Assembly: GCA_030390025.1 (NCBI GenBank)
Contig: CM059432.1
Coordinates: forward strand, 57,662,001-57,726,000
Reading direction: 5' to 3'
DNA: 64,000 nt
Origin: Squalus acanthias
Lineage: Eukaryota
A model generated the notes under the pieces. It searched no databases. It was given only the letters and a program-made list of their open reading frames with translations, and was not told the origin of the DNA. This document shows, piece after piece, positions 25,593-39,355 of the stretch. The stretch's first letter is position 1, and each line of letters starts with the position of its first letter. A program made the translations under genes and the position numbers.

Positions 25593-26425
25593 TTCATCAA
25601 ATTATTTCCGTAATTAGTGACAGGGTTATCAATTACCATGCTGCACAAAATTGCTCCAATACTTGCACTATAATAACTGCAGCACAGTGTATTAATGACT
25701 TACATTCCAGTGAGTGGACTGTAACTTCTGTTCTGAAAACTCTTGTACAAGATAATGCATGTCAGTGAGTGAGCTGGAGGCAGTTACACAAATCATAGAG
25801 TTCAGGTAATGTAGCTGAAACTTTGATTGTGTAACTGCTTTACAACTGACTCATAGCGTTCTATTATATGCGTAGCGTTATCCCAAAAAAGTATTCAACT
25901 GTCAAAGTGCTGGTCGAAAGATTTGCTGTGCTATTTATCCACAGCCCTTGTATTTTTGATGGGTTATACGGGTTAAATGCTTTATATATTGAGGGTACTT
26001 TCAGCATCTCTTGTAATTTAACTCTTTTTTAATGGAATTTGCCTCTTCTGATTCTCCTCTGGTTGGAGCTAAAGAATCGCCCTTCTCTCGGCTCTTTTAC
26101 TCTGTTCTCTTATACTTTGAAATAGGTGTACAAGAGTAAAGCAGAAACATTCGGCCTTGAGAGGCACTGTGTGATCAACAAAGTTTGTGTTTTTGTTCTG
26201 AAGGGTAGTGGTTTCAATCCCATTCTTTCACCTGCCTGCTCACGATGACTTGCCCTGGGAACCAGTTCCTTGCCTTCGCATTGGGCTCATCCAAGTGAAT
26301 GATCTCAGTCTTACCCTTCTGAACTGCTACTGAGTTGACCCTCACAGCTGGATAGGACAGGCTATTCCTGGCACACACAGAGAATCAGCTAGGACTGCAA
26401 CATATGGAGGTGGGCGGCCAGCAAA

Positions 26426-27547
26426 ATAGAAACATAGAACATAGAAAAATAGGAGCAGGAGTAGGCCATTCGGCCCTTCGAGCCTGCTCCACCAATCAAT
26501 ATGATCATGGCTGATTCTCTATCTCAATATCATATTCCCGCTCACTCCCCATACCCCTTGACGCCTTTTACGTCTAGAAATCTATCTATCTCCTTCTTAA
26601 ATATATTCAGTGACTTGGCCTCCACAGCCTTCTGTGGTAGAGAATTCCACAGGTTCACCACCCTCTGAGTGAAGAAATTTCTCCTCATCTCAGTCCTAAA
26701 TGTCCTACCCCGTATCCTGAGACTGTGACCTCTCGTTCTAGACCCCCCAGCCAGGGGAAACATCCTCCCTGCATCCAGTCTGTCTAGCCCTGTCAGAAAT
26801 GTATACGTTTCAATGAGATCCCCTCTTATTCTTCTAAACTCTAGTAAATACAGGCCTAGTCGACCCAATCTCTCCTCATACGACAGTCCTGCCATCCCAG
26901 GAATTAGTCTGGTAACCTTTGCTGCACTCCCTCTTTGGCAAGTATATCCTTTCTTAGGTAAGGAGACCAAAACTGCACACAGTACTCCAGGCGTGGTCTT
27001 ACCAAGGCCCTGTATAACTGTAGTAAGACATCCTTGCTCTTGTACTCAAATCCTCTTGCAATGAAGGCCAACATACCATTTGCCTTCCTAACTGCTTGCT
27101 GCACCTGCATGTTTGCTTTCAGTGACTGGTATACAAGGACACCCAGGTCCCTTTGTACATCAACATTTCCCAATCTATCACCATTTAAATAAATAATACT
27201 CTGCCTTTCTGTTTTTCCTACCGAAGTGGATAACTTCACATTTATCCACGTTATACTGCATCTGCCATGTATTTGCCCACTCACTCAAATTGTCTAAATC
27301 GCCTTGCAGCCTCTTTGCATCCTCCTCACAACTCACAATCCCACCTAGTTTCATGTCGTCAGCAAACTTGGAAATATTACATTTGGTTTCCTCATCCAAA
27401 TCATTGATATATATTGTGAATAGCTGGGGCCCAAGTACTGATCCCTGCGGTACCCCACTAGTCACCGGCTGCCACCCCAAAAAAGACCCATTTATTCCTA
27501 CTCTCTGTTTCCTGTCTGTTAACCAATTTTCAATCCATGCCAGTATA
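26426..27547 (-). mobile_element. CR1 LINE 3' fragment
   Basis: [50 protein letters not shown]; (ttctatgt)n tail. Confidence 0.93.
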
Positions 27548-28356
27548 TCACAATCAAATCTCCATGTGACCTTTTAGAAAGCCTCCACATCTATTCTGTG
27601 TAGCAGTACATCATTTAGGAGTAGTACATTGAAAAGAACATGACACACTGACACGCATAGTGAAAACACAGCAGCAAATCATGTTAAGGAATCACTAAAC
27701 ATTCACTATTACTGAAATTTTAAAAAACCCACACCTTTAACATTGAAAAGTTTGGGGGGTTTTTCAATTAATTTTTTCCAGAAAAGAAATGAGAAAGAAA
27801 TGAGAAAATAACATAAAATTAAACATAAAGGCAGATCTCAAGAAAATAATTCCTCAATCTGATCCTAGTGAAACCATGCTGTTTCTGCTTTATGTTCCTA
27901 CTCCATCTCCTGTGCCATAATTTGTTGCTGCTCCTTATCCACAAACAGGCCTCTTTCAACAATTATATTGTACGACACCTCATCATATGTGACCACACCA
28001 CCACCAATCTGCTAACTCTGGGGCATACTGTAGGCCATCACCGGTAAGATGTCGTGGTCCATTTTAACCCAACTTCCAGATGGAAATCGAACAGTTGGGC
28101 ACTTAAAAATGAGCCGATTACTTACCCACTCAGATCCTGATTGCTGCGATGTTAACCTGCAGGGTTTTGCAGGCCGATGAGGCATCCACCTAAAGCAAGG
28201 CGGAGCCTCATAAATTTATGCAAATTGGGGTCTTATTATGACACTAGGACCCCAATGCAGTTCTAACCAGGGCCTGAGTCAGGAAACTGTCACAGCTTTC
28301 CTGCTAGGCAGAAGCAGATCTGCACTTAGTTTGAAGACAGAAGAGCCCATTAATAG

Positions 28357-28615
28357 GTCTGGCAAAAAAATTCAGGGCGGAAATGAAAAGAATGTTTTTA
28401 ACACAGTGAGTTGTTACGATCTGGAATGCACTACCCGAAAGAGTGGTGGAAGCAGATTCAATAGTAACTTTCAAAAGGGAATTGGATAAATACTTAAAGG
28501 AAAAATTTGCAGGGCAATGGGGAAAGAGCAGGAGAGCGGGACTAACTGGATAGCTCTTTCAAAGAATCAGCACTGGCACGATGGCCGAATGGCCTCCTGT
28601 GCTGTATGATTCTAT
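28357..28615 (+). mobile_element. CR1 3'-end fragment inside a MITE-like region (~28060-28937)
   Basis: ggccgaatggcctcctgtgctgtatgattctatg tail. Confidence 0.7.
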
Positions 28616-29149
28616 GAAATCATTCCTTTGTGGGGCCAGGAGGAGCCCCCTGCGAGACTGTCCTGAAACCCCTCTCTGCCACTTACCTGGAAGCCAGCCA
28701 AAGGCCAGCTGATCGTTGCCTGATGGCAGCTCTTTTTGTGGCTGTTCTGGACTGGAAGTGGACCGGTGGCATTTAAATGAGGCCCAGCAGTTAATATCAT
28801 CACTGCCTTCTGCTGCCTCTGTCGGGCGGGAAATCAATTTGCTGGAGGTGTTTCCCGCTGGAAACCCACTCAGAGTTATAATCCACCCCAATGATTCTGA
28901 TGTTTCTGCTGGGCAGGTAGGGTTAAAATTGACCCCATTGTTTCAGTATGCTAAGTCTCTGATTGGTGCGTTTCCTGCTTCTTTGCTGAAGGTTACTGGT
29001 ACCATGAACCACATTTTGAGAGGGTCACCATATCTCTGAGGAGCCAATTGTTCAACATGGAATATGTAAGGATTGTGTTACGACATCGGTGTTAGGTAGT
29101 GGTCATACACTATTTTTGGGCATTCATTGAGCGTTGATGATAACTATGG

Positions 29150-29710
29150 GATGTCATATAAATGCTAGAATGGCCACATGAAGGTAGTTGATGGCACCTG
29201 CACCCTGGAATGCCACATCCTTCATAATTCACGGTCAGCTTCTCCTGCTACAGTGCTGAATTTCATGCAGTCACCAGCATGCTGAAATGGGGTATCTGAT
29301 AAGGCACAGGTAAAATCCAAGCTCTCCTTGATAACAATCCTGCTGTTCTCTGAAAGGACCCTGTGGCAAAACATTTGAGTGCACCACTTTTACTGTTACT
29401 GGTAATTCAGAGCTGATGTTGCTCCTTGGCTGCAGCCTAGTTCTGGGGGTTGGCACAATTCACATATGGTTTCCTTGTTGATGTGTAGCTTGCTCAATCA
29501 GATTTAGCTCTATTAGCTGTGACAGTCACATTGCCTGGGGCAATGGTCCTTGTGGTCCTCCTTCAATGGCCTCTGATTTCGCTGGCCCTCACCTCCTCCT
29601 TTCCTCCTCTAACATGTCCAGCAAACTGAAGCTTCTGGTAAACCCATGTTGCAGTGTGGACTGCTCTGTGCTGTACCACTGCATTAATGCCAACTTTTGT
29701 GCTGCCATAC
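29150..29710 (-). pseudogene. Harbinger transposase N-terminal remnant
   Basis: Across frameshifts: LHINKETICELC, LQPRSNISSELPVTVKV, CFATGSFQ, and a GFP.VQGAI-like motif. Confidence 0.65.
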
Positions 29711-29720
29711 TTAAAACAAT

Positions 29721-29916
29721 GGGCGGAACTTTCAACTTCGGCGGGGACGGGAGTGGGGTGTAAAACTGCCGATATTGGATCGGCCGCACTTGATAAACCC
29801 CACCTGATTTTCCTGTCCATTGACTTCAATGGAAAGAAAAATCGGGTGGAGCATATATCAGGTAGCTGATCTGATATTGCCCATTTTATAGCCCACCAAC
29901 ATTGACATTTCTGGCC
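29721..29916. mobile_element. Palindromic Harbinger-type MITE family C
   Basis: Imperfect fold-back centred on CCATTGACTTCAATGG; AAT TSD; a relative lies at ~47530-47710. Confidence 0.65.
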
Positions 29917-30239
29917 AATGTGTGTTTAAAGGCAACCATAAGAAAATTTGCAAATCCTCTATAATTTCTAACGTGCATTAAGCTAGTTTACTCCCAGAGC
30001 ACGTTTAGGAGCGTGTGGGGGAAAAAAAATTGACACCACACCGTTGATGCTAATCACAAAATTACTACATCTTAAAACAGGCTGTGTATCTACTAGCTCT
30101 GACACAGGGGAATTAGACCCACCCTCACCACCTGAGAGAATACCTTATCTGTCAGAGGGTTAAGTTTAGAATTGACTAAGATAGTTAAGGAGTTTCAAAC
30201 TGTCATTGTTTTATTATTTTTTTATTGTTTTTGCCCCTG

Positions 30240-30590
30240 TTCAGTTGGCAAATGTACTGCCCAATGTGAAACTGAACAATACAAATCAGGAAGATCCCAA
30301 GTCCAATCCCCTAGTTAGCTGATTTCAGTCTGGGTCACAGCTGTGGGACTAAAATTGGCCTTGGCGTTCCTGCTCCAGGAAATGATAATTCAGTCAGGTT
30401 CTCCTGCTCCAGATTATTGCCCCTTGACGCCTGTCAGAAAGTGTGCTCAATGGACTTCAGGTGGGGACACAGGAGCTCAGGTGTGTTGGTCTCCACGGTC
30501 AGATAGGCTGCCAACACTCATTGTTGGGCTCACACTTGAAGAATGGCCAGATGGGTAAGGTGCTGGGTGGCAGCCGGTGCCCGTTGAACT
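30240..30590 (+). mobile_element. Old degraded SINE-like repeat
   Basis: B-box-like remnant followed by a body I recall as a common shark interspersed repeat; not verified. Confidence 0.35.
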
Positions 30591-31301
30591 ATACCCAACA
30601 TGTTCCAGAAAGAAAATAAATTGGAGCAGGAGGAAAATGTTCTCCCGGAGCAGTATGATCATCAGAGTGTTCAGTTTTCCAGTAACACAGATCTAAGCAT
30701 TCATTTACAATCAGCATTTTGTTTTCATTCCTATTGACTACATAAGATCTGAATCTGGGATTGGCTGAAATTTGCATATATCTAGATAATGTGAAGAATT
30801 TGCTTATGGATTGTTTTTATGTACACTCGAATGAGATTTAAAAACACTATTTTCTTACTTTAGGAAATGGGTATCTAAGGGTTGCACATAAAATATGACA
30901 GATGTTCCACTCTATGTGAGTAGAGGAAGTCATAATCACAGTACAGAACCAGTGCCAACTCTTGCAAAATGATTTGTTCCCTCCATACTATGTGACACCA
31001 GGCAGGATTGATGCACGTCAAACCGGAAGAGTAACTCAGGCCTATGTATGGTAACTGCTCAGAATGATTTTTCCTGGAGTGCTGTTTATTGTACTTAATT
31101 TTTTTAATGATGGGTTTAATAAAAAAGTAATTTCATTCACAGGCTAAAACAAATCAATGACAGGAACACCGAAGTGAAGAAAAGAATTTAAAACACTCTT
31201 ATTTCTGCAAAACAATATGATTTCATAGACAGTACATGCCCAATTTCAAAGAAACATAATGCAATACATGCTCGTGTTGCAGCAAGCACTGAATTAAGTA
31301 C

Positions 31302-31428
31302 GATAGCAAAATACTGCGGATGCTGGAAATCTGAAATAACAACAGAAAACGCTGGAAAAACTCAGCAGGCCAGGCAGCATCCGTGGAGAGAGAAAGAGAG
31401 TTAACGTTTCAGGTCGATGACCTTTCGT
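31302..31428 (-). mobile_element. 127-bp PLE pLTR micro-insertion
   Basis: 13-bp TSD CTGAATTAAGTAC (31289-31301, 31429-31441); matches reverse complement of ~8172-8299 and is truncated inside the hammerhead core. Confidence 0.9.
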
Positions 31429-31943
31429 CTGAATTAAGTACATTGGAGTAATGGAGTCCTTTACTTCAGTTGTGCAGTCTAAAATCTAGTTACTACGTGA
31501 CGGCACTCTTTTAGGTACTATTCATTAAAATATTGTTTTCAATCCTGCACTAGACAATTGCAACAGGATCCTTGTTACTGCACTGAGCAGAAGCTTAAGT
31601 TGCGGGTTTAACTGCTATTTAAATGTTGTTGTTTCACCTGTTTTGCGTAAGAGCGAGGTTTTTTTCTAACATCAAATTTTAGTTGTGCTCCAAGAACTCA
31701 GATCAACAAAATGCCAGCGAGTGTATTTGCAATGCTGCCTCATGGAACTAAATGCCATGAGATTTACATTTTAATGTACATATGCTAGATCCCATGAGAT
31801 GTAACATTTTGCAAGATGGCCATTACACTGGAGTGTTCAAGTACCCAGAACTCCATGGGCTGTAACGACATGGTTCCACTGCAAATATTTATTGATCTAC
31901 AAAATGAAAGATGTTTGAATTCTGCCTTTAATTCTGTTTGGTA

Positions 31944-32404
31944 CTACACGTTTCCATTAAGACACACAGCTTGACATTTTAAGTACTGCAATTGGAGCAT
32001 ATGTAGATTTTCTTTTAGATGTAATGCACATAAAATTAGATTTTGATGTTGTGTTAGCAGAGAATATAAAGTACACTCTAATAACGAAATAAGGGAGTTT
32101 GATAAGGCAGGAAGTGAGCTCTGCTGCCTTGCATGTCTTTTCTTCTCACTCCCATTTTCTGCTCCAGCATGTTGCACCCCATAGCACATTTCAGTTTGCA
32201 CGGATTCAATTCCCATTTTCTTCAGTGGTAAATGACAGTGTGCTCTCATTTCATTTCCATTTCTGATTGTATCCTTTCTTCCCCCGTCTTTTGATGAGCA
32301 GTGAGTGGAATTCTTACTAGCCATATTTGTGTTCGGCATTTCTGGTTGAAGTGAACGGGAAGTGTGGATTTCACAGTTTTTGCTGAGCTGGGGGTATGGT
32401 GATC
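31944..32404 (-). CDS. Candidate terminal coding exon of an unidentified host gene
   Basis: Acceptor tttactgtag| at 32405, ~153 open codons in non-repeat AT-rich DNA, AATAAA at 31893-31888 about 50 nt after the stop. No recognisable domain. Confidence 0.3.
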
Positions 32405-33045
32405 CTACAGTAAATGCACAATTCCATGCACCATGGGCAGTAATATTACATTATCATGTTCATTGTTCCAGCATTTTCTGCTGGCTGTCTATTCCAGTGT
32501 ACAGACATTGGTTTCGCTGATCTTTGGTGCCCTCTATCGTACATTTTTTTGGAAGCATTTTTGTAATTTCAGGTTTCATGTCAAATAATTTTAGAGAATT
32601 TATTTGAATTCTTCATTTATAATTGCAGATTTTTTCAATCACAAACTTGTAAATGCAATATAATTAATTTGTTTAATGCAGCGGCCTGTAATAAGCATCG
32701 TAAAGGAACAATGAATATAATATTGAACCAAATAGATGTCAGCGGCAATGTAAACTATTAAATGCTTACATATTAGAAAATTGAATTCAGTTTAAGCACT
32801 TTATAATTTTCTGAGCACTGTGTGAGAATATTGAATTGAGGTAATAATAGTAAAGTTTGCATTTTTAATGAGAATCTTCATTTTTCAATTTTAATGCAGA
32901 ATAAATTACTGGTAAATCTTCTTCTGAGTAAAATTGAAAATAAAACTGTTCCCAACATTAGTATCCCTGGTAATTATACTTCAGCATTGTTCTATTTGTT
33001 GGCCTACAGGACTTCGTCAGTCAATTATTCTATAGATCACCCATG

Positions 33046-35938
33046 TGGCAGACAGCAGGGAATCTCCTCTGTAATTACCGCAATCAGACTTGTTACCTTT
33101 CTTGAAGATGGTCACAATTACGGCGTCTCTGAGATCCCCTGGCATGCTCTCCTCCTTCCAGATAAGAGAAATGAGTTCATGAATTCGCGCCAGTAGTGCT
33201 TCTCCGCCATGCTTTAGTGCCTCGGCGGGGATTCCATCTGCTCCTGAGGCCTTGTTGTTCACAGAATCCACAGAATCCCCACAGTGCAGATAGAGGCCAT
33301 TTCGGCCCATCGAGCCTGCACCGACACATATCCCACCCTATCCCCGTAACCCCACGTATTTAATCCCCCCTAACACTAAGGGTCAATTTATCATAGCCAA
33401 ATCAACCTAACCCGCACATCTTTGGGCTGTGGGAGGAAACCGGAGCACCCGGAGGAAACCCACGCAGACACGGGGAGAATGTGCAAACTCCACACAGACA
33501 GTCACCCGAGGCCGGATTCGAACCCGGGTCCCTGGCGCTGTGAGGCAACAGTGCTAACCACTATGCCACCGTGTTGTTGTTCAGTTGTCGGATGGCCTTT
33601 TCAACCTCGTGCCGGGCTGGGGTTGTGCTGAGATGGTGGCGGGTAGCATGCTGCGGGATGGAGTTGAGGACACTCGCGTCGAAGACAGAGTCTCAGTTAA
33701 GGAGATCTTCGAAGTGCTCCTTCCAGCGGGCACTAACTGCCTCTCTGTCCTTGATGAGTACCTCTCCGTTCTTGGCCTGCAGTGGGGTAGGGCCTTGGGT
33801 GCTTGGGCCGTAGATGGTCTTGACTGCGCTAAAGAATCCATGCATGTCGTGGTTGTCAGCTATCTGCTGGATCTCCTGCGCTTTCTCCATCCACCATCTG
33901 TTCTTTAGGTCGTGAGTTTTTTGTTGGATCTCGGCCTTCAGGTGTCTGTAGAGCTGCTTTCTTGCTCTCGAGTTCTGTTGCTGTTTCCAGATCAGGAATG
34001 CCTTGCGCTTGCGGCTTATTAGCTCCTGGATCTCCTGGTCGTTCTCGTCGATCCAGTCTTGGTGTTTCTTGGTTGAGTGACCGAGCATCTCTTCACAGGT
34101 GCTGATTATGGAGGCCTTGAGTGCAGACCAGGTGCTGCGGACACTCTGTGTCTCTGAATCACTGGGAGTCGTCAGGTTGTTTGTGAGGCGCAGGCTGAAT
34201 AGGGCTTTCTTAGCGGGGTCTTTGAATGCTCCAGTGTTGATTTTCCTGTGGCATTGTTTCTGTTGCTGCCGCTGTTTTGGGGCTACATTGATGGAGATGA
34301 CAGAGCGGATTAGGCGGTTTTCTGTCCAGCAGTCGTCAGCTCCTGTCATGGCGCGGGTGATGCGGACGTCCTTGCGGTCCCTTGGAAAAGTCATCACAAG
34401 AATCCTCCTCAATCACCTTCTCCCAGTGGCCGAAGAGCTCCTCCCAGAGTCGCAATGCGGTTTCCGCCCACTAAGGGGCACAATGGACATGATCTTTACC
34501 GCACGTCAATTACAAGAGAAATGCAGGGAACAGCACCAACCGCTGTACATGGCCTTCTTTGATCTCACAAAGGCCTTCGACACTGTCAACCATGAGGGAT
34601 TATGGAGTGTCCTCCTCAAATTCGGCTGTCCTCAAAAGTTTGTCACCATCCTCCAAATGCTTCACGATGACATGCAAGCCATGATCCTGACCAACGGTTC
34701 CACCACAGACCCAATTCACGTACGAACCGGGGTCAAGCAAGGCTGTGTCATCGCACCAACGCTCTTCTCGATCTTCCATACTGCAATGCTCCATCTCACC
34801 CTCAGTAAGCTCCCCACTGGAGTGGAGCTAATTTACAGAACAAACGGAAAACTGATTAACCTTCGCCACCTTCAGTCCAGATCCAAGGTCGTCCCATCCT
34901 CTGTCATCGAATTACAGTATGCAGACGATGCTTGCGTTTGCGCTCACTCGGAGGTCGAACTCCAAACCATCGTCAACACCTTCACCGAAGCGTACGAGAG
35001 CATGGGCCTTACACTAAACATCCATAAGACAAAGGTCCTCTACCAACCTGCCCCGCCACACAGTACTGCCGCCCGATTATCAAAATCCACGACAAGGCCT
35101 TGGACAACATGGACCACTTTCCATACCTCGGGAGCCTACTGTCAACAAGGGCAGACGTCGATGACGAAGTCCAACACCACCTTCAGTGTGCCAGTGCAGC
35201 CTTCGGTCGCCTGAGGAAGAGAGTGTTTGAAGACCAGGACCTCAAACCTGGCACTAAGCTCATGATCTACAGAGCAGCAGTGATACCCGCCCTGCTGTAT
35301 GCCTCAGAGACATGAATCATGTACAGCAGGCACCTCCAAGCACTGGAGAGGTACCACCAACGCTGCCTTCACAAGATCCTGCAAATCCATTGGCAGGATA
35401 GGCGCACCAACGTCAGTGTTCTTGCTCAGGCCAACATCCCCAGCATCGAAGCTTTGACAACGCTCGATCAGCTCCGATGGACGGGTCACATTGTCCGCAT
35501 GCCCAATATGAGACTCCCAAAACAAACGCTCTACTCGGAGCTCCGGTATGGCAAGAGAGCACCAGGTGGGCAGAGGAAACGCTTCAAGGACACCCTCAAA
35601 GCCTCCTTGAAAAAGTGTAACATCCCCACCGACACCTGGGAATCCCTGGCCCAAGACCGCACAAAGTGGAGGAGAAGCATCCAGGATGGCGCCGAACACC
35701 TCGAGTCTCTTCGCCGGGAGCAAGCGGAAGCCAAGCGCAGGCAGCGCAAGGAGCGCACGTCAACCCAAGCACCCCACCCACCCACCCCTTCAACCACCAT
35801 CTGCCCCACCTGTGACAGAGACTATAGGTCCCGCATTGGACTCATCAGTCACCTGAGAACTCATTTTTAATGTGGAAGCAAGTCATCCTCGGTTCCGAGG
35901 GACTGCCTAAGAAGAAGAAGAAGGAGAAGAAGAAGAAG
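33046..35938 (+). mobile_element. RTE-clade LINE with 5' inversion (33046-34380 inverted; 34381-35938 sense)
   Basis: 12-bp TSD AGATCACCCATG (33034-33045, 35939-35950); LPESQCGFRP, FFDLTKAFDTV, LQYADD, C-terminal CPTC...SHLRTH; (AAG)n tail. Confidence 0.93.
33262..33573 (-). mobile_element. HE1-type tRNA-derived V-SINE inserted in the RTE
   Basis: A box TGGCATAGTGG, B box GGTTCGAATCC, V-domain gtggagtttgcacattctccccgtgtctgcgtgggtttcctccgggtgctccgg, CR1-like tail; TSD TTGTTGTTCA. Confidence 0.9.
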
Positions 35939-36904
35939 AGATCACCCATGATCTAACAGAATGGCAGAACAGGCTCAAGGGGCTGAATGGCCTACTCCTG
36001 TTCCGATGTTTTTGTGCCAGATTTTCCTGTCGCCCCTCATAAGGCAAATGGCAGGCAGTGGGCCGGAATTACCATGGGCTGGTTTTAACTAGCCAAAATC
36101 AGCATTACTGGGGTGGTAACGACCTCAAAATGAGGCTGGTAGACTTAAAACTGACGCTGCAGCCACCGACATTTTTAAAGAGACCTTCCCAATTTCAAAT
36201 TTTAGGGACAGATAGGAGGAGCTCGCGCCATGCATCCTGACATCGAGCAGCCTAAGAGCGGTCCTTAAAGGGACCACTGATGACAGCTCCAAAAAAGACT
36301 CCAGAACATTTTCCAAGTTATATTTTTGTAGAGCAAAAAATACAGTGGGCTGCTGCTGGCCTGGGTTTGTTCCCCTCTGCCTTGCCTCCCCTCCGCACCC
36401 CAAGCCCTATCTGCAAGCCGGAGTCTGAGTCACCTGATATTGTGCTGGCCCGAAGCTGGCAAGCTGCAGCGGGACTCCTATTCAGCTGCATTTGTAAATA
36501 CTTGCAAAAATTTGTTGATAAAAATTGCTTTATTATTAAATACTTAAAAGTATCTATATATATATATATATATATAACCTTCATCTCCATCTGAACACAG
36601 GAGTGTTATTCATTCATCTGTCAGTGTGAGTACAGAGTCTCAATGATTCTATCTACTATCTCCTTCATATCCTGCTCTGCAAAGCAGCCTTCTTGAATTC
36701 AGTAGCCAGCCATAAAGACAAAGTCTGGAGGCATAATTTTGCCCTTGAGTTACGCTGGATTTCTGGACAGTTACAGAAAATTGGGCAGGGGCCCATTCCT
36801 CCAGATTCCTTATGATTTGTATTGTCGTACGGTTCCTGGAGTGTTATTTCTACCAGATACTGGAAACACCCACCTTAATTCAGACGGGCATTTTGAAATA
36901 ATGA

Positions 36905-38050
36905 TAATAACAACTTGCATTTATTTAGTGCCTTTAACATAGTAAAACGTCCCAAGGCACTTCACAGGAGCGATTATCAAACCGAGCTACATAAGGAGAT
37001 ATTAGAACAGCTTGGTCAAAGAGGTAGGTTTTAAGGAGCGTCTTAAAGGAGGAGAGAGAGGTAGAGAGGCAGAAAGGTTTAGGGAGGGAATTCCAGAGCT
37101 TAGGGCCTAGGCAGCAGAAGGCACGGCCACCAATGGTGGAGCGATTAAAATCGGGGATGCTCAAGAGGCTAGTATTGGAGGAGCACAGAGGTCTCAGAGA
37201 GTTGTAGGGATGGAGGAGGTTACAGAGATAGAGAGGGGTGAGGCCATGGAGGAATTTGAAAACAAGGATGAGAATTTTAAAATCAAGGATTTGCCAGACC
37301 GGGAGCCAATGTAGGTCAGCGAGCATAGGGCTGATGGGTGAACGGGACTTGGTACGAGTTAGGTTACGGGCAGCAGAGTTTTGGATGAGCTTAAGTTTAT
37401 GGAGGGTGGAAGATGGGAGTCCGGCCAGGGGAGCATTGGAATAGTCAAGTCTAGCGATAACAAAGGCATGGATGAGGGTTTCAGCGGCAGATGAGCTGAA
37501 GCAGGGGCGGAGTCGGGCGATGTTACGAAGGTGGTTGTAGGCAGACTTGGTCATGGAGTGGATATGTGGTCGGATGCTCATCTCGGGGTCAAATATGACA
37601 CTATGGTTGCGAATGGTCTGATTCAGCTTCAGACAGTTGCCAGGGAGAAGGATGGAGTTGGTGGCTAGGGAACAGAGTTTGTGGCAGGGACTGAAGGCAA
37701 TGGTTTCAGTCTTCCCAATAATTAGTTGGAGGAAATTTCTGCTCATCCAGCACTGGATATCAGACAAGCAGAGTGACAAATCAGAGACAGTGGAGGGATC
37801 GAGAGAAGTGGTGGTGAGGTAGAGCTGGGTGTCGTCAGTGTACATATGGAACCTGACATTGTGTTTTCTGATGATGTCGCCAAGGGGCAGCATGTAGATG
37901 AGAAATAGAAGGGGCCAAGGATAGATACTTGGGGGTCTCCAGAGGTAACAGTGCGGGAGCGGGAAGAGAGGCCTTTGTAGGTGATTCTCTGTCTACAACT
38001 GGATAGGTAAGAATGGAACCAGGTGAGGGCAGTCCCATCCAGCTGGGTGA
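36905..38050 (-). mobile_element. L2 LINE 3' fragment
   Basis: FHMYTDDTQLY, ETLIHAFVIARLDYSN, LHWLPV, GPKLWNSLP. Confidence 0.92.
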
Positions 38051-39118
38051 CGAAGGCGGATGGAGTGGTCAACCGTGTCAAAGGCTGCAGACAGGTTAAG
38101 AGGACAAGGAGGGATAGTTTACCATGATCTCATAACGATGGAATGGCATCATACATCACATTTTCTGTCATTATTGCCTTTGAAACATTGGATGTTACTT
38201 ATGGCTATGTTTAAAAGGCACCCAATGTTGCTACAGGAGGCAGAATTGCAATACGAATTTAAGGCAGAATATAATGGACCTGGGTACAATGGATTGGCAA
38301 CTCTACATCAGTAGATTTTGCCAATTCATTGTTGCTTGAGGAAAAAAAATCTTCACAGCTGCCAGCCCCTGTTGCAGTGGCCATTTCCTGTCTCCCAGTA
38401 ACAACTCACCCCGTTCTCCCATCTCCCCCCAAAGGTGGGAATCCTGGTTGGAGCTTGCTGAGAAAATTAAAATAAGGATGATACCAGAAACCTTGCTGGA
38501 GTCAGTGGCGGCTTAGTCAGGCATGTGCAAAGTCACCCGCTGCACTATTGCCATGGATCACACTGCAGAGCAGAATCCACACTTTCCACATTTATACTCT
38601 TTAACAGGCAGTGTGAAACCACCATGATTACAGGTGGCATGATTGGCTGGTTTTCTGCCGTTCCCCACTATCTACTTGTTTTTTATGAATTCAACAGAAG
38701 AAATATCGCTACTATCCATCATTTTGTTTGGCAGCTGTTTACAGCTAGAAAAATGCTTTCTGAAAACTTTTCTACTTAAGAGCAAAAATTTCCTGCATTT
38801 TAAATATAATACTTTGGGAAATATAAAATATTAAAATTCAGAACTTGAGCTCAGAGGAAGTGTTGAGAAATAAGATGTTAATATGTTTGATGTATGATGA
38901 TTAGTTCAGCTGGGAGGGTGGTTCATGAGGAACTTTCTACTGTGCTCACAAAAACTTGTGCAGAACAATTTGAAGAAAAGGGGCGATTTCCAGCCAAGTA
39001 CTCTTGTGGGGAAAGGTTTCCTCGGTGTACGATGTGTAATAAAACCCATTTATGAAGAATAGGTTCATCATATTATTACATATAGCACACAGAGGAAATC
39101 TTCCACCATTATTCCAAC

Positions 39119-39185
39119 CTTCTGGGCATCCAAATGCCATTATATGCTCCATCTGTGTTTCATTTGCACTGCTTCCTTTTCTCAT
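39119..39185 (-). CDS. Candidate 67-nt internal exon (MRKGSSANETQMEHIMAFGCPE-G)
   Basis: Acceptor tgttttatacag|, donor AAG|gttgga (weak); only one frame is open and its exit phase (1) matches the exon at 32404. Confidence 0.22.
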
Positions 39186-39355
39186 CTGTATAAAACAGGT
39201 ATCCAGGTTTGCTAGGTGCTGGAGCACAGGCCAAAGAGAATGTAATGAGCACAAGTTTGTTAGCATCAGTTTAAAGTCAGGTTGCCAACTCTGGTTGGAT
39301 GGCTTCCTGGAGGTTTGCTCATGTGATGTTTGGTCACATGACATTTGATCACGCA

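Noticed and set aside
29587..29709. Exon-like minus-strand segment
   Set aside because: Better explained as the 5' part of a decayed Harbinger transposase gene.
30864..30915. Plus-strand exon-like segment (tttag|...|gtgagt)
   Set aside because: Stop codons in all three frames; at most a non-coding exon, with no support.
33510..33573. tRNA genes at SINE heads (also ~14905-14972 and ~51689-51772)
   Set aside because: A/B boxes are present but continue into SINE/LINE bodies without a full cloverleaf.
34099..35214. 371-aa ORF as an intact gene
   Set aside because: Chimera across the RTE inversion breakpoint; the N-terminus is antisense sequence.
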